In this document: piece after piece, positions 53,788 through 63,600 of the stretch
How positions within the stretch are numbered: the first letter of the stretch is position 1
Layout of the letters: every line of letters starts with the position of its first letter
Origin: Planctomycetota bacterium
GTDB lineage: Bacteria; Planctomycetota; MHYJ01; WSZJ01
Assembly: GCA_038060895.1 (NCBI GenBank)
Contig: JBBTCT010000015.1
Span: 64,001 to 128,000 of the forward strand
DNA length: 64,000 nt
Direction of reading: 5' to 3'
Position numbers and translations under genes: made by a program
The notes under the pieces: generated by a model
The model's database searches: none
Seen by the model: only the letters and a program-made list of their open reading frames with translations
What the model was told of the DNA's origin: nothing

Positions 53788-56196
53788 TTACGACTTTGCC
53801 GCCGCCGTTTGCGGGCCGTCCGCCGGGATCAGGACACCCTCTCGCTGCGACTCGAGCAGGAGGTCGTCCAGCGAGCGCTTCACGGCCCCGGATCGCTTGA
53901 GCAACTCGCCCAGGACGTTCGCAAGGAAGCGGACGCCGAGGATGCTGGCGTGCTTCACCATCTCGCGGACCTCGGGAGAGAGGCGGTCGATGCGGGCGGT
54001 GACGAGGGAGTTGAGCGAGCCGGGCAGGCGCGCCGTGTCGGAGCTCTTGAGCTTCATCCGGCGGATGACTCGCGTGTGGGTGGCGCCCGAACTCTTCACA
54101 ATGGTCGCTTCCCGGGCGCCCGCAGGGACGAGTTCGCCGGTGTCGTGGACGTGGAGGAGGAGCTGTTCGGTGTAGAAGGGGTTGCCGCGCGCCTTGGCGG
54201 TGATCATGCGGAGCGCTTCGGCGTCGAGTTCAACTCCCATGCCGAGGAGGGCCCGGGCCATCGCGGCGGTGAATTCTTCGCCGGCGATCGGCTGGAGTTC
54301 GATGTCGACGAGCTTGGCCTCGCGGGCGAGTTTCAGTTCCGGCTTGGTGCCGTCGTCGGCGAAGCGGGACGTGGAGACGATGGCGAGGGGGAGGCCGGCG
54401 ATGTTGCGCGTCATGGCCAGGAGCCACTCTGCCGACGATGCGTCGAGCCAGTGGGAGTCCTCCACCTCGATGACGACGGGCGCGACGGCGGCCAGCGCGC
54501 GGACGAGTTCCTTGACCGCGATGATCCGGTTTTCGTGCCGGAGCTTGGGGTCGTCCAGCTTTTCGAACGGCGACCCTTCCCAGTGGCATTCGACCATGTC
54601 GGCCGCGAAGCTCAGCGTGCGCTTCAGCTCGCCGCGCGTGTACTCGGGAACTTTCGGGTTGTCGGTGTATTCCGCGTAGCGCTTCTCGATCGCCTTCTTC
54701 TTCGGGCCCTGGGGCATCCCGTCGGTGACGGCAAAAAAGTTGCGCAGCCAGGTGCCGACGGAATTCCAGCCGGACTTGTGCACGCCGTCGCAGGGCATGT
54801 GGATCCAGTGGAGGCGCTTGCCGGTTTCCTCGAGCCTGGCGCGGAAGGCGGCGGTCAGGCGTGTCTTGCCGAGGCCGGGCTCGCCCAGCAACCGGACGAC
54901 GCCGACGAACTCCGGCGTCGCCGCGAAAATCGGCGCGGCAAAATCGACGAGTTGGCCCAGTTCCTTGTCGCGCCCCAGCATCGGGTACTTGTAGGTGAAT
55001 CCCAGCGCCGAGCCCCGCTTGCTCCCGGGCTCAAACGCCTCTTCCTTCTTCGCTTTTCCCTTCATCTTGAACTTGCCCTTGGACTTCATTTCCCATCCCG
55101 ACTCCGCCGCCTGCTTGACGCGGCCGCTCGCCAGCGTGGCGCCGGTTCCGGCGCTCGCCATGAGACGCGCGCTCGTGTTCACGGCGTCTCCGAGGCACGA
55201 CCACTCGTTGCGACGCGTGCCGCCCACAGGACCCGTGTAGCACAGCCCGGCGTCGAGCCCGATCCGGGCTTTGACGCCTTTGAGCTTCGGAAGAGACGTC
55301 GCGCGGAAGGCCTGGGCGAAAGCGACCGCGTTGCTCTCCGCGTGTTCCGCCGCTTTCGGGGCGCCAAAGAACGCCAGCGCCGAGAACGCCTTGTCACCGA
55401 ACATGATCCGGTTGAGAACGCCTCCCTGACTTCCAATCCCGGTGACCAGCTCCCGGAAGACTCCCTGGATCTGCTCGTGCGTCTTGACCCCCTCGAACTG
55501 CATGAAGGTGCTGGCCACGTGCCGCAACTCCGCCCGGTCGCCCGCTTCGACAATCTCGGAAGGGAAAAACAGCTCCAGCGCGCTCTTCGTCGGCGCCGGC
55601 AACTTGACGGTGGGCGCGTCCGATGCCACTTTGGACGCTCCCTTCAGGACCTTCGTGACCGCCGGGCCCAAACGGACCTGCCCCTTGCGCGCCCCGTGCT
55701 CCGCCTCCGAGGCGCCGTTGATCGCGTCGCCGCGGAAATACCAGGTCCGCGCCTTGCCGTCGGCCGACTGCGGGATGCCCCACTCGATTTTCCCGCGCTC
55801 AAGCCCGCACTTCACGGCAAACCGGATGTTCTTGCTCCCGAGCTTGGCGGTGCCGCGCTTCTTCACGAATTCCATGATTTCGCCCGCGGCATCGCGCGCG
55901 CGCGCGGCGACGGCTACGCCGTCCTTGCCGCTTTCGGCAAAGACTGCCATGAACGCGTCCCCGGCGAAGGCAGCGATAAACCCGCCTCTCTTGTGGACGG
56001 CGTCCACCATCGGGTCGAAGAGCCGCGTGAGTTCCCGCGAGATGACTTCTGCGCCGGAGTCGCCCAGCTTGAAGGCCCGCTCCGTCAGGGGAGTGAAACC
56101 GCTGATATCGACGAACAACGCCGTTCCCGCCAGCGTTCCGCTCTTCTTCCCGGCCTTGTCCTGCTCCTCTACGAAACCCGGAATGTAGTTCTGCAT
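53788..56196 (-). CDS. Tandem class III adenylate/guanylate cyclase plus STAND AAA ATPase, lacking the C-terminal TPR region
   Basis: FVDISGFT, AGDA, GDK, GDAVNTSARLM, GEPGLGKT, EVEDSHWLD, GNPFY and TARIDRL; GGAGAGG RBS. Confidence 0.92.
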   Translation of the reverse strand: MQNYIPGFVEEQDKAGKKSGTLAGTALFVDISGFTPLTERAFKLGDSGAEVISRELTRLFDPMVDAVHKRGGFIAAFAGDAFMAVFAESGKDGVAVAARARDAAGEIMEFVKKRGTAKLGSKNIRFAVKCGLERGKIEWGIPQSADGKARTWYFRGDAINGASEAEHGARKGQVRLGPAVTKVLKGASKVASDAPTVKLPAPTKSALELFFPSEIVEAGDRAELRHVASTFMQFEGVKTHEQIQGVFRELVTGIGSQGGVLNRIMFGDKAFSALAFFGAPKAAEHAESNAVAFAQAFRATSLPKLKGVKARIGLDAGLCYTGPVGGTRRNEWSCLGDAVNTSARLMASAGTGATLASGRVKQAAESGWEMKSKGKFKMKGKAKKEEAFEPGSKRGSALGFTYKYPMLGRDKELGQLVDFAAPIFAATPEFVGVVRLLGEPGLGKTRLTAAFRARLEETGKRLHWIHMPCDGVHKSGWNSVGTWLRNFFAVTDGMPQGPKKKAIEKRYAEYTDNPKVPEYTRGELKRTLSFAADMVECHWEGSPFEKLDDPKLRHENRIIAVKELVRALAAVAPVVIEVEDSHWLDASSAEWLLAMTRNIAGLPLAIVSTSRFADDGTKPELKLAREAKLVDIELQPIAGEEFTAAMARALLGMGVELDAEALRMITAKARGNPFYTEQLLLHVHDTGELVPAGAREATIVKSSGATHTRVIRRMKLKSSDTARLPGSLNSLVTARIDRLSPEVREMVKHASILGVRFLANVLGELLKRSGAVKRSLDDLLLESQREGVLIPADGPQTAAAKS

Positions 56197-56363
56197 CGAT
56201 TTTCCTCTCCCTGCTCGCCAAGTCGGCGAGGCGTCCCACATTAGCAAAGTTCCGCCATTGTTCAATTGCGGGAGATACTGTTACTGCCCGCCCCGATCGG
56301 GGGCCGAACCGTTATCATTCGCGAAGTGCCGCGCGCTGGGCGGCGCAGGGGGAACGCGACGGA

Positions 56364-57746
56364 ATGAGCACGCAGGAGCCGAACTCCACGACCCTGGATC
56401 CGCCGTTGTCCCCGGGGCGCTACGTCGTCGTCCGTGAACTGGGTCGCGGCGGCATGGGCGTCGTCTACCAGGCCCGCGATACCCTTCAGGACCGCCACGT
56501 CGCACTCAAGGTGTTCCCCCTGGACCTCGATTCCGGCGGCGGCACCGAACTGTCCGCTTCGTCCGTCCAGCGCCTCATGCGCTTCAGGCGCGAAGCGACA
56601 TTCGCCGGCCTCGTCCATCCGAACATCATCCGGATCTACGATTTCGGGATCTGGAAGCACGACGGAAGGACCTCGTTTGCCATCGTCCAGGAGATGGTGC
56701 AGGGCATTGCGCTCAGCGATGTCCTGCTGGCAGAACGCGCCGCTGCCGGCTCCTTGCGAAGCGCTTCGCGTGCACGGCTGTTGCGGGATTTCATGCGCGC
56801 CTGCGAAGGGATGTCGTACGCCCACGAGGCGGGAGTCGTGCACCGGGACCTGAAGCCTGCAAACATCCTGCTGGTGCCGGATTACACCCGTGCCCGCGTG
56901 CTGGATTTCGGGCTCGCGAAATGGCTGGGGCGCGCCGACCCGGTTCCATCCGGCGTTTCGTCACAGGAGGACCCGTACCTCAGCATGGAAGGCGCGGTGA
57001 TGGGGACGCCGTTGTACATGGCTCCCGAACAGGCGGCGGGAGCGCTCGAGCGCATGGACGTTCGCGCCGACGTCTGGTCCCTGGGCGTCGTTCTCTACGA
57101 GATTCTCACGCACCAGCTCCCGTTTTCAGGTGACTCCACAGCCCAGGTCCTGTCGCGTGTCGTGAGCGAACCGGCGCCGGCGCCGAACGAGGTCCTCGGG
57201 CGGCTTCCCGAAACGAGCAGGTTCGCCGATCCGGTGCCGAAGGCTCTCGAGGAAATCGTCGGCCGGTGCCTGCGCAGCGCCCCCGCGGAACGCTACCCGT
57301 CGGCTCGCGCACTTCTCGAAGACCTCGAGCGCTACCTCGCCAGCCCCCGCGGCGCCCTCGATCTTCTGCCGCCCGCCGGCCGCCGCCGCTTTGCCGCCGG
57401 CGAATGCATCGCCCGCGAAGGCGAGCCCAGCAACACGATGTACGTCCTCGAGCATGGCCGCGGCACCGTCATCATCGAGAAGGCCGGCTGGTCGCAGAAA
57501 TGCACCGAGGGATTTTTCGGGGAAGCGGCGCTTCTCCGCACCGGCCAGCCGCGCACCGCGACGCTCCGCGCGGGTGACCAGGGCTGCGAGCTGATCGAGG
57601 TCGCGGACGAAGCGACCCTGCTCCGGCTTCTGCACGAATCTCCGCTGATCGGCGTCCAGGCGATCCGCGAGCTGCACTCGCGGCGGGTGCTGGCGGAGGA
57701 GTACTACGTCCGCAGGATCGAGGAGCTCGGGCGCGGAAAAGTCTAG
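56364..57746 (+). CDS. Ser/Thr kinase with C-terminal cyclic-nucleotide-binding domain
   Basis: GRGGMG, HRDLKPAN, DFGLA and YMAPEQ; cNMP domain IAREGE..MYVL..G..FGEAALL..PRTAT. Confidence 0.93.
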   Translation: MSTQEPNSTTLDPPLSPGRYVVVRELGRGGMGVVYQARDTLQDRHVALKVFPLDLDSGGGTELSASSVQRLMRFRREATFAGLVHPNIIRIYDFGIWKHDGRTSFAIVQEMVQGIALSDVLLAERAAAGSLRSASRARLLRDFMRACEGMSYAHEAGVVHRDLKPANILLVPDYTRARVLDFGLAKWLGRADPVPSGVSSQEDPYLSMEGAVMGTPLYMAPEQAAGALERMDVRADVWSLGVVLYEILTHQLPFSGDSTAQVLSRVVSEPAPAPNEVLGRLPETSRFADPVPKALEEIVGRCLRSAPAERYPSARALLEDLERYLASPRGALDLLPPAGRRRFAAGECIAREGEPSNTMYVLEHGRGTVIIEKAGWSQKCTEGFFGEAALLRTGQPRTATLRAGDQGCELIEVADEATLLRLLHESPLIGVQAIRELHSRRVLAEEYYVRRIEELGRGKV

Positions 57747-57758
57747 GTCTCTCCCCAT

Positions 57759-59189
57759 TCACTCCGTGGGTTGCGCAACCTCAAAAGGCGGCATGCCGGC
57801 CCGGACGCAGGCTTGCTTCATGTCCGCGAGCTTGATTTCGGCCTGCCGCGAGTCGCCGATCTCGAGAACCATCCGAAAGCCCTGAATCCAGCTTTCCCTC
57901 GCCGCTTCCACCCGGCCGCGGGTGAGCATGAGGAGCGCGTATTGGCACAGATGAAGGGACTCGAAGCGCCTGCTGCGGACTTCGCGATGAAGGGCCAGCG
58001 CGGCCTCGTAGAAACTCTCCGCTTCATCCAGTCTCCCGGTCTCCGCGTAGAGTGAAGCGAGATTTCCCATCACGATGGCCTCGGAGCGCCGGTTGCCGAC
58101 TTCCCGGTGAAGCGCCAGCGCGCGCCCGTACGTGCGCTCGGCGTCGGTCGCCCTGCCCGTCGCCTGGTAGAGGCTGGCCAGGTTTCCATACACGATTCCC
58201 TCGCCGATCATGTTGCCCACCTCGCGCTTGATTGCGATAGCGGCGTCGTAGGCGCGCTCGGCTTCGTCGAACCGCCCCAACTCCTGGTAGAGCCCGGCCA
58301 GGTTGCCCAGCCCGATGCCCTCGGCGCGCCGGTCGTGGAACTCGCGATTCAGCGCCATGGCCTCCTCGTATCCGCGTTCGGCCTGCTCGACGCGCCCGGT
58401 TTCACGGTGCAGTCCCGCCAGGTTTCCGATCTCCAGGCCTTCGGTCCTCCGGTTGCCGCACTGTCGATGAATGGCCAGCGCCTCCTCGTGCGTGCGCTCC
58501 GCCAGCTCGACTCTTCCCGTCTGCCGGTAGATGTTGGCCAGGCTCCCCAGCGTCATGCCCACCGCGCCCAGGTCGCCAAGTTTCCGGTGGATGGCGAGCG
58601 CCTGCTCGTGGAAGCGCTGGGCCTGTTCCACCCTTCCCGTTGCGTTGTTCAGGACTCCCAGGTACCCCAGGGCGGCGGCCTCGCCGCCCGGGCTTCCGGC
58701 CTCGCGGAAGACGTCCACCGCTTGCGCCAATAGCGGCTCTGCTCGGCCCATCCCGCCGGCCCGGAAGGCCGCGTGCCCGGCTCGCCGCAGCGACTCGCCC
58801 TTCTCCACCCCCGCGACAAGTTCTGAATGTTGCTGCCACAGCCGTTCGGAAGACTGATTCTGGAAGTGCCTCGTGGCGTACTCGGCCGCCCTTCCCAGGT
58901 AGTGTTTCCTGGCCTCGAGCATCGCCTTGCCGCGGGCGGCGGCGGCGTGAAGCGCCAGGCCGGCGTGCTCGGCCAATTCCTCCGCGAATGCGTCCACGGG
59001 GTGGGGAGGGACATCCACACTTCGCGAGGATTCCTGCGGAGGGATGTCCGGCCCCGGTCCGCCTGCCAGCTTCTCGATGACCGCAAACGCAATCGCATGC
59101 AGTCTCGCGCGGTCGCCCGGCAGCTGAAGCTGGTAAGCGGCGTCACGCAGCAGTGCGTGGCGGAACAGGTACGCCTTCTCGGCAGTCAC
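57759..59189 (-). CDS. TPR protein beginning with the STAND winged-helix motif YLFRHALLRDAAY
   Basis: N-terminal YLFRHALLRDAAY..RARLH and about seven 40-aa TPR-like repeats (EG..LGNLA.LY..GR..AE..Y..AL). Confidence 0.9.
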   Translation of the reverse strand: MTAEKAYLFRHALLRDAAYQLQLPGDRARLHAIAFAVIEKLAGGPGPDIPPQESSRSVDVPPHPVDAFAEELAEHAGLALHAAAARGKAMLEARKHYLGRAAEYATRHFQNQSSERLWQQHSELVAGVEKGESLRRAGHAAFRAGGMGRAEPLLAQAVDVFREAGSPGGEAAALGYLGVLNNATGRVEQAQRFHEQALAIHRKLGDLGAVGMTLGSLANIYRQTGRVELAERTHEEALAIHRQCGNRRTEGLEIGNLAGLHRETGRVEQAERGYEEAMALNREFHDRRAEGIGLGNLAGLYQELGRFDEAERAYDAAIAIKREVGNMIGEGIVYGNLASLYQATGRATDAERTYGRALALHREVGNRRSEAIVMGNLASLYAETGRLDEAESFYEAALALHREVRSRRFESLHLCQYALLMLTRGRVEAARESWIQGFRMVLEIGDSRQAEIKLADMKQACVRAGMPPFEVAQPTE

Positions 59190-59199
59190 GCGGGCAGTA

Positions 59200-60483
59200 T
59201 CAGGACGAAAGCAGGCCGGCGGGCTTGAATTCGTGGTTCGGCAGGACGCCGGCGAGCGCCTCGTTTCCCAGGTGTCCCTTCACGACTTCCGCCATGACAT
59301 CGCGGAAATCCGTGGTGTGCATGAGGTCGCGCTTGTCGTGGAGCTGGTCAGGCGCCAGGCCGGGCCAGTTTCCCAGGACGGGCTTGCGTCCCTCGCGCTT
59401 GAGCGACGGCCCCACCGCGAGCAGCACATTGCCCCATCCGTGGTCCGTGCCGCCGGTGCCGTTTTCTTCCGCGGTGCGGCCGAAGTCGGACATGGTGAGC
59501 ACGATGACGTCGTCGGCCTTCTGCCCGAGATCCGTGACGAAGGCCGCGAGCGCTTCCGCCAGTCCCTGCGCGAGATCTCCGTAGGGACCCTGCGCGGCGC
59601 CCTGGAACTGGTGCGTGTCCCATCCGCCGTAATCCACCTCGACGACTTCGAGGCCGACGTCGGCCTTGATCAGGCGCGCGGCCTGCATGAGCTGGCGCGC
59701 GATGTCGGTCTGCGGGTAGGGCATCTTCGGCTCGTATTTCTGCCCGACGATGCCGCGCAGCTTGTCGATTCCTTCGAGCGTCGCCTGGCCGGTGTCCGCG
59801 AGCAGGTCGCGCGCGTCCCCGGTTTTCTTTTTCGCGTCCTTCCGGTACGCGTGCTCGAGCGCCGCGCCGACCGTCGCGCGGTCCGTGCGGCCGTCGGGAA
59901 GACTCAGGTCGTCGATGCCGCGCACTGCGTAGGCGCAGCACTTGCCGTGCATGATGCGGGGAAGCGCTTCGCCGATCGCGACGGCGCGAATGGGGCCGTG
60001 GCCGGTGGAGGTGAGGAGGTGGCGGTTGACCCATCCGTCGGAGTTGATCGTGTTGCCGGTGACGCCGGTTTCCCAGACGTCCTGTTCCTCGAAGTGGCTC
60101 CGGGTGTTGCGGTCGTGGCCGACGGCGTGGATGGCGGCAGCGGTGCCGTCCTTGAAGAAGGGGAGGAGGGAGGCGAGGCGCGGATTCAGTCCGAAGAATC
60201 CGTCGAGATCGATGGCGCGGCCCTCGGCCTTTTCACGGGAGGGGGAGGGGATCTGGATGGACTTGCGCAGCTTCGCGTAGTTCGGGTCCTTCCACGGGAC
60301 GACCAGGTTGAGGCCGTCGACTCCGCCGCGCATGAAGACCAGGACGAGCGTCTTGCCTTTCCTGACGGGCCTTAGCGTGGCCGCGGCGGGTTGATCCTCG
60401 GCGAAGAGGTCAAAGGGAGTGACGCCGAGGTAAGCGCCGATGGCGCCGGAGAGTTTCAGGAAGTAACGGCGGGTTAAGTGCAC
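59200..60483 (-). CDS. DUF1501 family protein (Tat signal)
   Basis: TRRYFLK, FMRGGVDGLN, RSHF, GGWDTH, SDFGRT..NG.GGTDHG and DFRDV. Confidence 0.92.
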   Translation of the reverse strand: MHLTRRYFLKLSGAIGAYLGVTPFDLFAEDQPAAATLRPVRKGKTLVLVFMRGGVDGLNLVVPWKDPNYAKLRKSIQIPSPSREKAEGRAIDLDGFFGLNPRLASLLPFFKDGTAAAIHAVGHDRNTRSHFEEQDVWETGVTGNTINSDGWVNRHLLTSTGHGPIRAVAIGEALPRIMHGKCCAYAVRGIDDLSLPDGRTDRATVGAALEHAYRKDAKKKTGDARDLLADTGQATLEGIDKLRGIVGQKYEPKMPYPQTDIARQLMQAARLIKADVGLEVVEVDYGGWDTHQFQGAAQGPYGDLAQGLAEALAAFVTDLGQKADDVIVLTMSDFGRTAEENGTGGTDHGWGNVLLAVGPSLKREGRKPVLGNWPGLAPDQLHDKRDLMHTTDFRDVMAEVVKGHLGNEALAGVLPNHEFKPAGLLSS

Positions 60484-60517
60484 GGTGAGCTCCTTGGGAG
60501 GAGAAAAACGGCCAGGA

Positions 60518-60594
60518 CTAACTCCAAATCCCAACCCCAATACGCTCGATCAGGTGGCCGCTTTTTTGGGGTTGGGGTTGGAGTTGGGATTTAG
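60518..60594. repeat. Inverted hexamer arrays (CCCCAA-like / TTGGGG-like)
   Basis: CTAACTCCAAATCCCAACCCCAA ... TTGGGGTTGGGGTTGGAGTTGGGATTTAG. Confidence 0.8.
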
Positions 60595-60603
60595 CCTTAA
60601 CTT

Positions 60604-63600
60604 CTACTTCAACCCCACTTCAGGCAATTGCCCGACAAAACTCGCCGCTTCTTTCGCAAGCTCGTCGCGGTTTCCCTTGCACGCCTTCATCACGGACATC
60701 GCCGCTTCATTTGATTCTTCGCTGAGCACTTTCCCGGTCAACTTCACGGCCACCACGTCGATCAGCCACTGCTTCTGCTCTTCCGTCGTTTTTGTCTCCG
60801 CGTTCCAACGGAACGGATTCGGCACCGTCGTGGACAGGATCCACTCGTTTTCCCGTGCGAACTTCCAGCGCTGAAGCGTCGCGTTCGTGCTGGTCCACGC
60901 GGTGTCCTCCTCCTGGAACCCGTCCGGCGTCGGGCGGTCGTAGACGCCGGCGCCGCTCCGGGCGCAGAGGTCGATGACCTGCCAGGGGAGGCGGAAGTTG
61001 ACGCACCGCGAGAGGCGCGCGGCGTGGTCGAACGGCGGCGCGATGCGCTCTTTCAGGCCTTCCCTGAAAAAGGCCGGGTGCTTCGCGAGAGCGAGCAGCA
61101 CTTCCTTCATGTCGCCGTCCGTCTCGAGGTAGACCTTCGCAAGATCCGCCGTCACTTCTTCCGGAGGCGGCCAGCAGATGTAATGCGCCACGAGTTTCGA
61201 GCAGACGAACGTCGCCGTCGAAGGATGCCCGGCGAGCAGTTCGACGGCCATGCGTGCGCGGTCGAATCTCTCCGCGGGGCTGGCCTTGGGGAAAACCATC
61301 CCGATGAAGCGCTGGGGGCGCGCGTCGCAGAGCGCGGGATCGAACCGCCACTTCCAGTCGTCGGCGTACCCGGCTTTCTTGCCGTCGCCTTCGTTGGAGT
61401 ACATCCAGCCCGTGAGGATGTTGGCGAGCGCCGTGACGTCCTTCTGTTCGTATCCGCCATGGACGCCGACGGTGTGGAGCTCGCAGATTTCGCGCGCGTA
61501 GTTCTCGTTGAGGTTGCGCGCGAACGAGAACTGCTGGTCGAGGTACTGCATCATGCACGGGCTCGTCGCCGACGCGAACAGCAGGTCGCGGAACGGCGCG
61601 GCCCCGAGGCGCGTGAAGACGCGGCGTTCCTGCCATTCGGCGCGGCCGCCGGTCTTTCGGATCCAGGTTGAGAAGTGGTTGTCGGTCCAGCGGACGAAGC
61701 GGGTGCGGACCGGGTTGGGGGTGGCGACGGCGTGATAGGCGTCGCGCCCCATGACGTCGTACGCATCGTTGCGGCCGTCGAACACGATGCCCGCGGCGGC
61801 CAGGGCGGAAGCGTCGCCCGGGTCGTCGGGTCCGCGAGAAAGTCGATCGGCGAGGTACGCCTCTTCTCCCATCGTGAGGACGGAAGCCAGCTCTTCCGCA
61901 TCCGGGCCCCAGGCGAACCGGTTGAGGAGGTGGACGGCGCGCTCGTAGCGCGTGATCGTTTCCGGCGCCTTTTCAGGCACGACGAACGTGCGTTCCTTCG
62001 ATCTTCCTTCATGGCCCGAAGTGTCGTTCGCGATGACGACCAGCTTGTGTTCGCCGGGGGCAAGGCCGCGCGCGAGCAGCGGCATCGTGACGCGTCCGAA
62101 CTTTCCCAGCATCTCGCCGCGGATCCCGGTCCGCTTGCCGTCGATTTCGGTGTCCACCCACGCGACCCCGAAGTCGTCCACCGGCATGGCGACCACGGCG
62201 TCCTGCATCCAGACTTCCGCGCCCTCGGGCGGCCAGGCGATCTTCACGCGCGGACCGCGCCCGTCGGCCGCGGGCGGCGCGCCCACGAGAATCAAACCCT
62301 GCAGCATGAAGTTGCGGTCGCCCTTCCCCTCGTCGTACTTGTCGTTGATGAAGGAAATCGAGAGCGTCTTCTTTCCGTCGGGAAGCGCCAGGAGGCCGGT
62401 GAGGTGCGGGTTCCACCATCCTCCGACGTCGATGGAGTTGACCTTGATGTCCTTGCCCCCGGCGTGCAGCACGACGTCCACTTTCGGCGCGCCGTCATAG
62501 TGGTCGCCCTTGGCCTCGATCCAGAGGAGGAACGGGCCGCTCATTCGCTCGGGAAGCGTGAGCGTTGCCGTGCCGTTGGAGGCGAAGCGCGCGTTGAGTT
62601 TTTCTGGGCAATCGCCCTCGGTCGTCAGCGCCTTTCGCGTCTCGTTGTCCCATGCGCGGTCCCGGACGGGGAACCGCAGGAAGGCCATCGGCTTCCGCGC
62701 CGCCGCATCCTTCCACGGCGGGCGCCATGTCACGCGCTGGACTGGCGTGCGCACCGTCGTGCCGTCGTCGAGCATCGCCACGATCTGGAGCGTGTTCTCG
62801 CCTTCCTTCAAGTGCGCGGGGTCGAGCCACCACTTCGGCGTCGCAGAATGCTGCGAAGAAACGCCCGCGCCGTTCACCAGCAGCTCCACCTTCGGCCCCG
62901 CCGACTTTTCCATCCGGCGCCACCAAGTCACGCCGTTGATCTCGACCGTGCCGGGGATCTGTTTGCCGTCAATGTTGTCCGCGAACGCGACGCGCAACGA
63001 ACCCCACGCGTCCCGCCCCGGCGCCATCCCCGCCGGCTGCACCATCGGTCCGCCCGGGTCGCTTCCTTCGCCCGCGCCGCCCTTCGGCCGATCGACGCGC
63101 ACGATGTCCAGCCGGTCCAGGAAGAGGTTCCGGTCGGCCGGGACGCCTGCGGCGAAGAAGTCATTGAGGAAATACGGCGTCAGGACGCGCTCGCCTTTGT
63201 CGAGCCGCACCGGCACGCCCATCAGCACGCGATGCCAGTTCTCGTCGATCAGCCGCACGTTGGTCGCGGGCGGATCCTTGCCGTCGATGATCAGCCCGAC
63301 GGTTGGAAACGCGCCACCCGCGAATGACCCCTTCGCCAGCAGGGCGATCTGGTACCAGCCCGCCGATTCCACGGTGACGTGGAAACACGGGACTGGCTCC
63401 GCACCATACAGGTTCACGTACTCCTCACCGCTCGCCGTGGTGTCAGGGGCGATGTACAGCGGGTCCTTGTTGAAGCGGTCCGGGCGCTTCGATTCGCGCT
63501 GGTCTTCCGCTTCCATTTCGATCGCCTCTCCGTCCGGCGGCTTGAGGACGGTGACGACGATGGTCTCGCCCTCGGTTTCGGTCCCGTCGGACTGGTGGAG

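Noticed and set aside
57900-58760. 120-bp periodicity as a possible CRISPR, DGR or other array
   Set aside because: It is explained by the 40-aa TPR coding repeats; there are no identical repeats with unique spacers.
56282-59199. 10-bp inverted repeat TACTGCCCGC (56282-56291 and 59190-59199) flanking kinase plus TPR, as a possible invertible segment
   Set aside because: It is short and GC-rich, overlaps a probable -10 element, and no recombinase is present in the window. Inversion would not fuse the two STAND halves.
53828-59206. Shared 8-mer GTCCTGAT near the cyclase 3' end and just upstream of the TPR start, as a recombination joint
   Set aside because: It is only 8 nt, coincides with the DUF1501 stop codon, and joining there puts the TPR half out of frame.
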